NCBI GenBank assembly: GCA_965205505.1
Contig: CBDBHB010000009.1
Span: forward strand, 1,952,001 to 2,016,000
Reading direction: 5' to 3'
DNA length: 64,000 nt
Origin: Acidobacteriota bacterium
Lineage (GTDB): Bacteria > Acidobacteriota > UBA890 > WLXD01
Positions within the stretch are counted from its first letter, which is position 1. Each line of letters starts with the position of its first letter. Shown here piece by piece: positions 11,598 through 21,027 of the stretch. The notes below the pieces were generated by a model. That model saw only the letters and a program-made list of their open reading frames with translations, made no database searches and was not told the DNA's origin. The position numbers and the translations under genes are program-made.

Positions 11598-11858
11598 TCA
11601 CAGTCGTTGACGGGCCGCGTAGATCAGCACTGCCAACTTGACGGCATAGATAACCGACAGATAAGCGAACAAGAACGGGAACCCCAGTACTGTCGGTTCG
11701 ATTCGATTTGCCAGCGGTAGCAGCGGCCACTCGGCGAATACGAACGCGGCGATGTAGAGCAACACGGCACCGCGACCCTTGGCGGTGCGCGGTAAATAGT
11801 GCGAGCGGAACTCGCGGTAGCGGCTTTGATCGCCGGTCGTAAGGCTCACTCGAGGCAC
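11598..11858 (-). CDS. Small membrane partner of the SSS transporter (DUF3311-like); start uncertain
   Basis: PLLPLANRIEPTVLGFPFLFAY two-helix pattern directly upstream of the SSS gene. Confidence 0.7.
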   Translation of the reverse strand: MPRVSLTTGDQSRYREFRSHYLPRTAKGRGAVLLYIAAFVFAEWPLLPLANRIEPTVLGFPFLFAYLSVIYAVKLAVLIYAARQRL

Positions 11859-12097
11859 CCTTCGCCCATAAATAACCCGTGGTCGATCGTGAACAACGAC
11901 CGGGCGCTATGAGACGCGCACACGGGAGTCGGCCCGACGCGGGGAAACTGCAGTTCGGCAGTCTATTACCAATCGCGCTGGCGAACACGGTGCAACGGTT
12001 CAGACCGCGGTAACTGAGACAACTTGATACAAACAATTACGTTAGATTGACTTGGTAGAACGAACCAAGCACGCTGCGCTACCCGGAAGCGGTCGAT

Positions 12098-13543
12098 TTA
12101 CCTGGCGCCAAGCTCCAGAAAACGTCGCAGCTCGGCGACCCACGGATTGTCAGGCTCGATGCGCGCGGCGCGTTCGACGAGCGACGAAGCTTCGGGGCTA
12201 CGTCCCGTGTCAATGTAGGCTTGGGCCAGGGTCAGCAGGCAGACTGCGCGGTAGGGGTAGAGGTTCGCGGCGCGCTCGAGAAGCGCCAGACCCTCTGCAA
12301 TCGAAGAGCTCAGCCGAGCCCGTCCCAGCACCATGAGGGCTTGGGCGTTGCTCTCGTCTGACACGAGCAGCGCCGTAGCGAGATCGATTGCCGCGTCTGT
12401 TTGACCCGACTCCAGACGCGCGGCCGCCAGGTAGGACCGCGCCGTAGCCCACCCGGGGCGTTCGATCAGAGCGCGTTCGAAGTGCGTGGTCGCCGCCGCG
12501 ATGTCCCCGTTGCCCCAGCTGTCGACACCGGCCCCGACCTCTACCATCGCCCGCGCCTCGGCTTCTTCGGCGGCCTGGGCTCGTGCCTGAATCGCCTGGA
12601 ATTGCTCCAGGGTCGCTCTTGCCTCCGGTCGCCCGAGCGCCTGCTGTGCCTGACCGATCACGTAGAGCGCATCGGGTACGTCAGCGAGCTCGCGTAGCAG
12701 GGCGAGCGCACTTTCGGGCTGGCCGGCGCGCAGATACAAGCGCCCGAGATCGACGGCCAGTGAGGTGTCCGCCGGCGCCAGTCGCGTCGCTTCCACGAGC
12801 ATCTCGGCGGCGGTCTCGGTCTCACCGAGGGCAGCGAGCGACAACCCCAGCTCGCGCAGCAGCTCGGTGTCCTCGGGAGTTTGATCAAGACCCTTCTGGA
12901 TGAGCGCACGGGCAGCGGCGGCATCCCCGCCGATCCTCGCGACCCGCCCTAGCAACAGGTATAGATGAGGGCGCGTATAGCCTAGGGCGCGGGCGCGTTC
13001 CAGATCTTCGATGGCTGGGGCGACCAGACGCTGCTCGCGCCGGAACACCAGCAACGCGCGGTGGTAATGGAGGCTGGCGACATTGGGCCGGTACTCTAGT
13101 GCAGCTGTGAGCACGTAGACTGCGCCGTCGAGGTCGTCGCGGGTCGCCAGCAGCGCCGCCAGGTTCTCGACCGCAGGCACCAGACGGAAATCGAGCGCGA
13201 TAGCCTGTCGGTACGCGTCAATGGCACCGACGGGATCCTCTGTTCGTTCCAGGACCACACCGAGCTCGAAAAGCACGTCCGCACGTTGTGGGGCCAGCTG
13301 CCGTGCGCGGTTCAACACGCGGCGCGCAGAATCCCAATCACCGCGCGCCGCCGCCACGGTCGCTTGCTCCAGCAGCACGTCGACCGTTTGCTGTGGTGCC
13401 ATTGGATCGAGGTGCCACAGCGCAGCAGGGCAGCGTCCGGCTTCGGCGCGCCAGCTGGCTGGCGAGGGAGCGGCGAGCGATGGTATCAAGGCGACGCCTA
13501 GCGCCGCCCACATACCGATTGCACCGAGGCGGAAGCGGCTCAC
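12098..13543 (-). CDS. Secreted tetratricopeptide-repeat protein
   Basis: Many TPR-like helical repeats; hydrophobic N-terminus from in-frame GTG at 13543. Confidence 0.8.
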   Translation of the reverse strand: MSRFRLGAIGMWAALGVALIPSLAAPSPASWRAEAGRCPAALWHLDPMAPQQTVDVLLEQATVAAARGDWDSARRVLNRARQLAPQRADVLFELGVVLERTEDPVGAIDAYRQAIALDFRLVPAVENLAALLATRDDLDGAVYVLTAALEYRPNVASLHYHRALLVFRREQRLVAPAIEDLERARALGYTRPHLYLLLGRVARIGGDAAAARALIQKGLDQTPEDTELLRELGLSLAALGETETAAEMLVEATRLAPADTSLAVDLGRLYLRAGQPESALALLRELADVPDALYVIGQAQQALGRPEARATLEQFQAIQARAQAAEEAEARAMVEVGAGVDSWGNGDIAAATTHFERALIERPGWATARSYLAAARLESGQTDAAIDLATALLVSDESNAQALMVLGRARLSSSIAEGLALLERAANLYPYRAVCLLTLAQAYIDTGRSPEASSLVERAARIEPDNPWVAELRRFLELGAR

Positions 13544-13559
13544 CGCTGGCCTCCCGGGC

Positions 13560-14320
13560 TCACGAGCCGAGTAGTTGCTCCAGCAACGCCGCCATCTCGG
13601 CTGCATCGGCAGCCTCCGGCTCGATCTCCAGATAGCGCTCCAGATGAACGGCTGCAGCCGCGCTATCCGCGTTTCGTACCAGCGCGAAGGCCAGCGCCTT
13701 GTGTGCCAACGCGGCTTCGGGATCGAGCTCGGTGGCGCGTGTCAGGTACTCGATCGCCTCGTCCACGCGATCGGCGCGGACGAAGATTGCGCCGACGTTG
13801 TAGTACACAGTGGCATCGTCGGGCTGCATCGATACCGCCTTCTCGAAGTACCCGGCCGCGCTGTCCAGATCGCCGACTTGCGACAGCGCAACCCCTAGAT
13901 CGAGATAGGCCACCGGAACGCCCGGCTCGAGCTCGATGACGCGTTTGTAGCCAGCGATGGCTTCGACCCAGTGCTCGAGCTCATAGTGCGATCTGGCGAG
14001 CAGCAGATGGGCCGGCCCGAAGTCTGGCTGGTGGCCCACGAGCGTGGTGAGGATCTCGATGGTTTGAGGCAGATCACCGGCCTCGAAGGCGGCGTAGGCG
14101 GCGATGTACTCCGGCGAGGATCCGATGCTGACGGTTGCGATGCGCGCTGGCTCCAGCACTGCGTCGTGGGTGGTTTGACCGCTCCCCAGGCGTCGAAAAT
14201 CGCGCGCCGGAACGTAACCCTCCTTCTCGAACGTGATCTCGAAGCTACCGATCGGCAGCGCGCGGCGGAAGTAGCGGCCGTCGTCGTTGCTCTCGATCTG
14301 GACGGTTGCGCCGGTGTTTA
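13560..14320 (-). pseudogene. 5'-truncated carboxypeptidase-regulatory-like + TPR protein
   Basis: Frame continues upstream of 14159 as NTGATVQIESNDDGRYFRRALPIGSFEITFEKEGY, then TPRs; no start codon or signal peptide of its own. Confidence 0.7.
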
Positions 14321-14784
14321 CAGGTGAACTCGGCCTTCGTGCTCTCGATCAGCGGCGTCTCAGCGGTGACCGTAATGGTCTCCTCTACCGCGCTCAGCTG
14401 CAGCGCGACGTCGAGGATGAGCTCCTCGTCAAGCCGCACCATGATGTCGGGGCGCTCGAGGCTGGCAAAGCCCTGTAACACGAACGTGATGATGTAGGTG
14501 CCGCGCGGGATTCCGGCGACGCGATAGCGCCCCGCCCTGTCGGTGATGTTGCTCTGCGTGATGCCGGTGTCCTGGTTGCGTGCCGTCACCAGGACGCCGG
14601 GAAGACCGGCGCCATCGGCGTCGCCTACCGTCCCTTGAACGGTACTGGTGTTTCCCTGTGCCATCGCCGACGTCGGGACGGCGACCAGCAACATGACGAT
14701 GCAGAGCCCAACTGCGCACTTTGTCACGGCAGACGTCTTGTGTTTTGGGGAACATGCAAACAGCTGATAAACCAAGGTCAACAT
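14321..14784 (-). pseudogene. N-terminal fragment of a TonB-dependent receptor-type protein (carboxypeptidase-regulatory-like domain)
   Basis: Signal peptide, VQGTVGDADGAGLPGVLVTARN...GRYRVAGIPRGTY...VEETITVTAETPLIE; recognisable sequence stops abruptly near 14320. Confidence 0.7.
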
Positions 14785-14826
14785 ACAGGACGGTTACCGA
14801 GCACAAGGTAAAGTAAGGTCAATGAA

Positions 14827-14851
14827 ATGTAATAGCTTGTAACAGTTTGTC
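14827..14851. promoter_or_regulatory. Candidate OmpR/PhoB-family operator (10-bp-period direct repeats)
   Basis: TGTAAT at 14828, TGTAAC at 14838, TGTCG at 14848, in an AT-rich intergenic patch next to an OmpR-type regulator. Confidence 0.5.
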
Positions 14852-14874
14852 GCCTGCTAAGACGCCGCATTCGA

Positions 14875-15567
14875 TCAGTCCACGAACTTGTAGCCGTAGC
14901 CGTGGATCGTCAGCATGTAGCTCGGCGCGTGAGGGCGGTTCTCGAGCTTCTTTCTGAGGCGCGCCACGAGGTTATCGACCGCACGGGTCGTCGGGTCGGT
15001 ACCGTAGTGCCAGACGTCGCGCAGCAGGTCGTCGCGTGATACCGCCTCGCCACGACGCTCGATCAGGTAACGCATCACCTCCAGCTCGAGATGCGTGATG
15101 GGGATCTGGCGCTGCCCCTTGTGTGCCGTCATGTGCAGGAAGTCCAGGGTCACGTCTCCGAAGCGGTAGCTCTCGGTACGCGGAGCGGATACCGAAGCGC
15201 GACGCACAAGCGCCCGTACTCGGGCGACCAGCTCGTTCACGGTGAACGGCTTGGTGACGTAGTCGTCGGCGCCTAGCCCCAGGGCGAGTACTTTGTCGGA
15301 CTCCTGGCCGCGAGCTGACAGCACCAGGATGGGTACCTGGATGTTCTTGTCGCGCAGCGCCCTGCAAACCTCGAAGCCGCTGAGCTTCGGGAGCATGATG
15401 TCGAGGATCATGGCGTCCGGCTTCAACTCCATCGCCTTGCGCAGGCCGTCTTGGCCGTCCTCGGCGGTAACTACGCTGAACCCTTCGAGGTGAAGGCTGT
15501 CGACCAAGCCGAGCAGCATCGGCTTCTCGTCCTCGACGACCAGGATCGTAGGACTCGCGGCGGTCAT
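14875..15567 (-). CDS. OmpR/PhoB-family response regulator
   Basis: VVEDE, LDIMLP, GADDYVTKPF, winged helix RAVDNLVARLRKKLE...GYGYKF. Confidence 0.95.
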   Translation of the reverse strand: MTAASPTILVVEDEKPMLLGLVDSLHLEGFSVVTAEDGQDGLRKAMELKPDAMILDIMLPKLSGFEVCRALRDKNIQVPILVLSARGQESDKVLALGLGADDYVTKPFTVNELVARVRALVRRASVSAPRTESYRFGDVTLDFLHMTAHKGQRQIPITHLELEVMRYLIERRGEAVSRDDLLRDVWHYGTDPTTRAVDNLVARLRKKLENRPHAPSYMLTIHGYGYKFVD

Positions 15568-17360
15568 CGGACTGCATCCGGTGGATCGTTGTCTTGGGTG
15601 TGCGCCAGCGGTAGCTCGATACGGAACACGGATCCCCGTGCAGAGCTGCTCTCGACCGAGATCGTGCCGCCGTGAGATCGCACGACGTGCTGAGCGATGG
15701 GCAAGCCGAGTCCGGTACCGGTCGGATCTGTCTCGGGGTCACGGCGCACGCGATAGAAGCGCTGAAAGATCCGGGAGCGTTCGCTGGCCGGAATACCGGC
15801 GCCGTGATCGTGCACCTTGATTACGGCATTGCCGTCCTCCGCCATCAGCTCGACGCGCAGAAACCGGTGATCCTCGGAATACTTGATGGCGTTGCCGACG
15901 ATGTTGCCGAACGCGTGCGAGAGAGCCTCCAGATTACCGACGAACGGCACCGGGCTCGCCGGCAGGCGCACCTCGGTTCGAAACCCGGTTTCCTTGAGCT
16001 GGGTGGCGAACTCGCCGATCGCTTCCCGTACCGGGTCGCGCAGGTCGATCGTCTCCACGATGTAGCTGCGGCCGCCAGAATCGATGCGCTCGAATTCCAG
16101 CATCCCTTCGATGAGCTTGCCGAGCTTGCGCGCTTCCGCGCCGATCACCGTTCCGTAGCCCCGCACTTTCTCCGGCGGCAGGACGCCCTTGTCGATGATG
16201 TCGGCAAGAACCTGGATCGACGCCAGCGGCGTCTTCAGGTCGTGCGAGACGCTGGACACGAACTCCTTCTTGAGCTCGGCGACGCCGAGCTCGCGGGCGA
16301 CGGCGCGCCCCGACAGGACGACGCCGACCGCGGCGACCACGGTCACCAGAAACAGCACCTGACGTTGCTGATTCGTACTGCTTCTTGCCAGCTCCGCCGG
16401 ATCGGTTCCCGGATAGCCAGTGCGAACGACCCAGACAGGCACGGGCTGGTGGTCGTCGGGGTTGGCTAGCAGGTGGTCGTCGCCGAGCAGCAGCATTGGA
16501 AACGCTGCCTGATGGACGTAGCTGCTGACCAACGACGGGCCGGTTCGATAGGTCTCGGTGCCGCTCGCGTCGAAGATCGAGACCTCCAGTGGTTGGTCGG
16601 TTGAGAAAAGGGCTTCCGATCCGCGAATCTGGGCCGCCAGGCTGGGCAAGTACTGTGAGGCAAGCTGGTCGACGGGGACGGTAAATCCGACGAAGCGATC
16701 GACTCGCGTGCGCGTCGTATCCGAATACACCAGGCGTACGGCGACAAGGTGATCCTGGTCTCTGACTGAAACGAAGCCGCAACCCTCCGGGATCCCCGTC
16801 GCCTCTATGTGCTCGACGCGTGCGGCCACTACCATGGCGAGCTCCGGGTCGGTGCGGAACTCCAGGTGGCTCGGTGCAGCGGGTGGTTCGATGGCACCAG
16901 GCCCACCGAACGTCGTCGCGACGAGCCGAGGATTCTCCGGCCCATCGAACGGCTCCGCCCGATCGAACAGAACGGTGTAGCGAGTTACTTGACCGAGCGC
17001 TTCCGCTCGCGCCGACTCCATACCCACGAAGAACGTGCCCAGCGCCGCGGGATCACGGTGGGCATCCACGAGAGAGCGGATGGTCTCCAGGTCTCCTCGG
17101 CGCAAGGCGATGCGTGGAATCGCGTTCAGAACCTCGCTGTACATGGTCGTGAGATCGCGTCGAATTGCCCTTGCCAGCTCGTCGGCGACGCGCACGCCCG
17201 TCTGCGTCAGCACCTGTCTCGACGCCTGCTCCAAGCGACCCAGTGATTGAAGCTCGGAGACCAGCAACATCGCCAGCGGGACACCGATGATCACTCCCGG
17301 CATCAGGCTCGCGAACAGGATTTTGCGGCGATGTCGACTCCGCACTCGGCCAACGGCCAT
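15564..17360 (-). CDS. Membrane sensor histidine kinase
   Basis: Two TM segments, H box SHDLKTPL, NAIKYS, DHGAGI, GTGLGL. Confidence 0.93.
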   Translation of the reverse strand: MAVGRVRSRHRRKILFASLMPGVIIGVPLAMLLVSELQSLGRLEQASRQVLTQTGVRVADELARAIRRDLTTMYSEVLNAIPRIALRRGDLETIRSLVDAHRDPAALGTFFVGMESARAEALGQVTRYTVLFDRAEPFDGPENPRLVATTFGGPGAIEPPAAPSHLEFRTDPELAMVVAARVEHIEATGIPEGCGFVSVRDQDHLVAVRLVYSDTTRTRVDRFVGFTVPVDQLASQYLPSLAAQIRGSEALFSTDQPLEVSIFDASGTETYRTGPSLVSSYVHQAAFPMLLLGDDHLLANPDDHQPVPVWVVRTGYPGTDPAELARSSTNQQRQVLFLVTVVAAVGVVLSGRAVARELGVAELKKEFVSSVSHDLKTPLASIQVLADIIDKGVLPPEKVRGYGTVIGAEARKLGKLIEGMLEFERIDSGGRSYIVETIDLRDPVREAIGEFATQLKETGFRTEVRLPASPVPFVGNLEALSHAFGNIVGNAIKYSEDHRFLRVELMAEDGNAVIKVHDHGAGIPASERSRIFQRFYRVRRDPETDPTGTGLGLPIAQHVVRSHGGTISVESSSARGSVFRIELPLAHTQDNDPPDAVR

Positions 17361-17602
17361 CGAACGTTACCTCTGCTCGAAACGACTCCAGATGCGGACT
17401 GTAGTCATGCGGCCCTGCAGCAAGCAAGGGATAGCCTCTGACATGTGCATCGGAGCGTTCAGGTAGCAGCTGAGTCGGCGTTTGGTGGCGGCCCGATTCG
17501 TCCTCTACACTGCCGACCTCACGCTGTCTCGGACGGCGTATCGGGACCCACGCGGTCGGCGTTCCGATCGGCGACGACAGGTACCGAAGAATGGAGCGGT
17601 CG

Positions 17603-19126
17603 ATGGCGAGACGGAGAGGCCGGGGCCGAAAGCGGCGTTCCCAGGCCGGTGTGCGTCAGCTTCCGTGGTGCGAGGTGGTCAACCCGTATGCGCCGATGCA
17701 GGTGCTCAGCGACGATCAGGTGGAGGCCATCCATCATGCATCGCTGAGGTTGCTCCAGGAAATCGGCGTCCGCGTGCTTCAAGGGGAAGCTCGTAGTCTG
17801 CTTTGCGAGGCTGGAGCAGACGTCGACGAGGCGGCCCAGATGGTGCGTTTCGATCCAGTGCTCATCGAAGAGAAAGTGGCGCTGGCCCCGTCGGAGTTCG
17901 CCCTCCACGCCCGCAACCCCGACCGGCACGTCAAGATCGGCGGCCGCAACATCGTGTTTACCTCCGTCGGCGGCCCGGCGTTCTGCAACGACCTGGATCG
18001 CGGCCGCCGCACGGGTACTTACGAGGAGCAATGCGACTATCTGCGCCTCATCCAGAGCCTCAACATCGTCCACCAGGAGGGCGGCGGCCCGTTCGAGGCG
18101 ATGGACTTGCACCCCGACACGCGTCACCTCGATCTGTACCTGGCGCAGGCCCGGCTGCTCGACAAGACCTGGCAGCCGCAGGCGCTCGGTCGGGATCGCG
18201 CCGAGGACGCCATCGAGATGGCGTGCATCGGTCTCGGCGTCGACCGTGCCGAGCTGGCGCGACGGCCGGCACTGCAGTCCATCATCAACACCAACACGCC
18301 GCTGCAGTTCGACATTCCGATGGCCGAGGGCACCATCGCGATGGCGCGGGCTGGGCAGTCGGTCTGCGTCACACCGTTCTCGCTGGCCGGAGCCATGGGG
18401 CCGGCAACGCTGGCTGGTACGTTAACGCTTCAGAACGCCGAGGCGCTGATGGGCATCGCCTTCACGCAGATCGTCAATCCGGGCACGCCGTCGGTGTATG
18501 GAGCCTTCACGTCGAACGTCGACATGCGCTCGGGCTCTCCGGCCTTCGGCACACCCGAGTACACCAAGGCAGCGCACGCCAGCGGTCAGCTGGCGCGCCG
18601 CAACAACCTGCCGTTCCGCTCCAGCAACACCACCGCGTCGCCTACCGTCGACGAGCAGGCAGTTTACGAGAGCTCGATGTCGCTCTGGGGCGCCATTTTG
18701 GCGCATACGAATCTGGTGGAGCACGCCGCCGGCTGGATCGAGGGCGGGCTGACCGCCTCGTTCGAGAAGCTGATCATCGACGCCGAGATGTTGCAGATGT
18801 TGGCGGAGTACCTGCGCCCGATCGAGGTCAGCGAGGACACGCTGGCGTTCGAAGCGATACAGGAAGTCGGTCCAGGGGGACACTTCTTCGGCTCCCCGCA
18901 CACCATGGAACGCTACGAGACCGCCTTCTACTCACCGATGCTCTCCGACTGGCGAAACTACGAGACCTGGGAAGAGGCTGGGTCCGTGACTACGCGCGCC
19001 CGCGCCAACGGCATCTGGAAGCGCCTGTTGCAGGACTACGAACAGCCGCCGCTGGATGCGGCGATCGACGAGGAGCTCTGCGCCTACGTCAGCAAACGCA
19101 AGGAAGAACTAGGCGGGTGCTCGTAG
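17603..19126 (+). CDS. mttB: MttB-family (trimethylamine/quaternary-amine:corrinoid) methyltransferase, non-pyrrolysine type
   Basis: TPFSLAGAMGPATLAG, TSNVDMRSGSPAFGTPE, HAAGWIEGGLTASFEK, EVGPGGHF; no in-frame TAG; GGAG RBS before ATG 17603. Confidence 0.9.
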   Translation: MARRRGRGRKRRSQAGVRQLPWCEVVNPYAPMQVLSDDQVEAIHHASLRLLQEIGVRVLQGEARSLLCEAGADVDEAAQMVRFDPVLIEEKVALAPSEFALHARNPDRHVKIGGRNIVFTSVGGPAFCNDLDRGRRTGTYEEQCDYLRLIQSLNIVHQEGGGPFEAMDLHPDTRHLDLYLAQARLLDKTWQPQALGRDRAEDAIEMACIGLGVDRAELARRPALQSIINTNTPLQFDIPMAEGTIAMARAGQSVCVTPFSLAGAMGPATLAGTLTLQNAEALMGIAFTQIVNPGTPSVYGAFTSNVDMRSGSPAFGTPEYTKAAHASGQLARRNNLPFRSSNTTASPTVDEQAVYESSMSLWGAILAHTNLVEHAAGWIEGGLTASFEKLIIDAEMLQMLAEYLRPIEVSEDTLAFEAIQEVGPGGHFFGSPHTMERYETAFYSPMLSDWRNYETWEEAGSVTTRARANGIWKRLLQDYEQPPLDAAIDEELCAYVSKRKEELGGCS

Positions 19127-20396
19127 CAGCATATCGAGCAGCCCGGCGGCGCGCCTCGGACCGTTCTGTGTCCGCATCTGTGCGCTCGTGGTCATCAGCC
19201 TGGTGCGTATGGACTGGTCGTTCAGCAGTGTCGCCAAGGCTGCCGCGAGCTCGTGATCGGTCCATTCCGATCGATGCATCTTGAGGCCGTGGCCGGTTTC
19301 CTGGACGCGAGTTGCGTTGTCGTGACCGTCCCACACGAAGGGGAGAACGAGCGCTGGCTTACCGAAGTACAGGCACTCCGTGAAGCTGTTGTTGCCGCCG
19401 TGGTGGATGACTGCGTCGGCCTGCGCGATCACCGATGGCTGCGGGAACCACGATGCGAGGTGCACGTTCGGCGGTGGCAGCGCGTGGCATTCCATGTAGT
19501 CGCCGACGTTGACCAGCGCTCTGTACGGTAGCTCGCCGAGCACGCCGATGATGCGTGCCAGCAGCGCGGTGTCGCCGGCGCCGAGGCTGCCGAAGCTCAC
19601 GTATATCAGCGCTCCGTCGTCGTGGGCCTCGAACACCGGTACCTGGTAGCGATCTTCCTGTCGGACGCAGCCTTCGAGGTATTGGAATCGCGCTGGATCG
19701 AGGCGATCGCGTCGGGCGAACCGAACAGCTTCGGGGTACAGCAGCAGGTTCAAGAACGGCGACGTCTCGAAGAACTCGCCGAGCGGATAAGGTTCTTCGC
19801 CACACTCCCGTAGGAAGTCGTTGAAGCGCTCATGGATCGGCGAGATGACCTTGTTGAACCGCTCCGTGAAGCGTGCCGCGCAGGCTCGGTCGGTTGCGCC
19901 GCAGCCAGAAAGGTGCGGCGGTATGTCCGGATCCGGAATCTCGTTCTCGCTACACGAGATGATTCGCACCCAGGGCGCGGCGAAGCGCTTGATCGCTGGG
20001 AAGAGGATGACATTGTCGACACAAACGAGGTCGGGCTGCAGCTCGTCGAGGACCTGCGGCAGCTCCTTTTTCGGCCCAAATTGCCGTGTCGATGATGGCC
20101 GTCCAGCAGTCTTTCACATAGTTGTCGATCTGGTCGTATGGTGACTTGCCGAAGTTCGGAATGTGGCCGTTGATGAAATCGGACCAGTAGCGTGCCATCT
20201 CCTCCGGCGCCATGGGCTCGGACATGTTGATCGTCCGCTCCTCGAAGCCGTACCCCTCGAAGACGCCGGCGAACCCCGGATCACACAGGAAGACGACACG
20301 GTGTCCAAGCTCTCGGCATCGCTGAGCGATGCCTACCGAGTTCAAGGCCGGCCCGTAGGCGGCCTCGGGGAAAAAGGCGATTGTGTTATCGCTCAA
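19109..20396 (-). CDS. GT1/MGT-family glycosyltransferase, frameshifted at an A-run near 20067
   Basis: N-part FFPEAAYGPALNSVG...WAEK continues in another frame as ELPQVLDELQPDLVCVDNV; C-part YVSFGSLG, WFPQ, IHHGGNNSFTE, DGHDNA. Confidence 0.85.
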
Positions 20397-20415
20397 CTGT
20401 GCGCCCTGCGCGGGA

Positions 20416-20540
20416 GCCGCCTACTTCATCGCGCATGCCTCTAGCTCGTTCTGGCCGGCGATCAACAAGGGCGACCAGGCCGTGGTGCTTTGTTTCGGGT
20501 TCCTCTGGCCTTCAACGGGGGCGGGGATTGGAGCATCGAC
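20416..20540 (+). pseudogene. C-terminal remnant of a DoxX-family membrane protein
   Basis: AAYFIAHASSSFWPAINKGDQAVVLCFGFLW..GAG..SID resembles the DoxX C-terminus; no 5' part. Confidence 0.55.
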
Positions 20541-20727
20541 GGTCAGTTGCGGAGGCGCGACAACGAAGGAGAACACGGCTGAGGGGTCGGGCGCGGGCGG
20601 ACCCGACAAAAACAGAAGGGTGCACAGCGTGCAGTCGAAAGCTGCCAGGACACGTCTGGTCATGAGCTTCTCCGCAGGCTGCAAGCATCGCGGCTCCCAC
20701 GGAGTGTGCCATAGGTTGCGCATCTTG

Positions 20728-20999
20728 CAGGGTGCTGAAAAACTCTGGTGGGTCTGGTGGGTGGGTCTTGGTGGCGAGGTCAAGGAAGAGCGACGATGGC
20801 GATGCCCGGGCGCATCCTCGAGGAGCTCTGACGCTGAGATCGCCGGCAACCCCCAGGCGCCCGAAGGGTTACGGCGTCGTGGGGCCATCTGCAGCGTTGG
20901 CCCTCCTGGACGTTACAACAAGCATCGCCGGCGTCGCGTCGCCTTGCATCTGGCCCCACGACGCCGTAACCAGATCCGCCAGAGTTCTTGAGCACCCTG
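20728..20999. mobile_element. MITE (272 bp) with ~30-bp terminal inverted repeats and two internal structured modules
   Basis: CAGGGTGCTGAAAAACTCTGGTGGGTCTGG ... CCAGATCCGCCAGAGTTCTTGAGCACCCTG; flanks CTTG/CTAG; interior homologous to the 23734 copy in reverse orientation. Confidence 0.85.
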
Positions 21000-21027
21000 C
21001 TAGATTTGAACAAGTGGAGACACGCTG

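Noticed and set aside
17603-19126. Pyrrolysine read-through in MttB
   Set aside because: No in-frame TAG; the ORF is continuous
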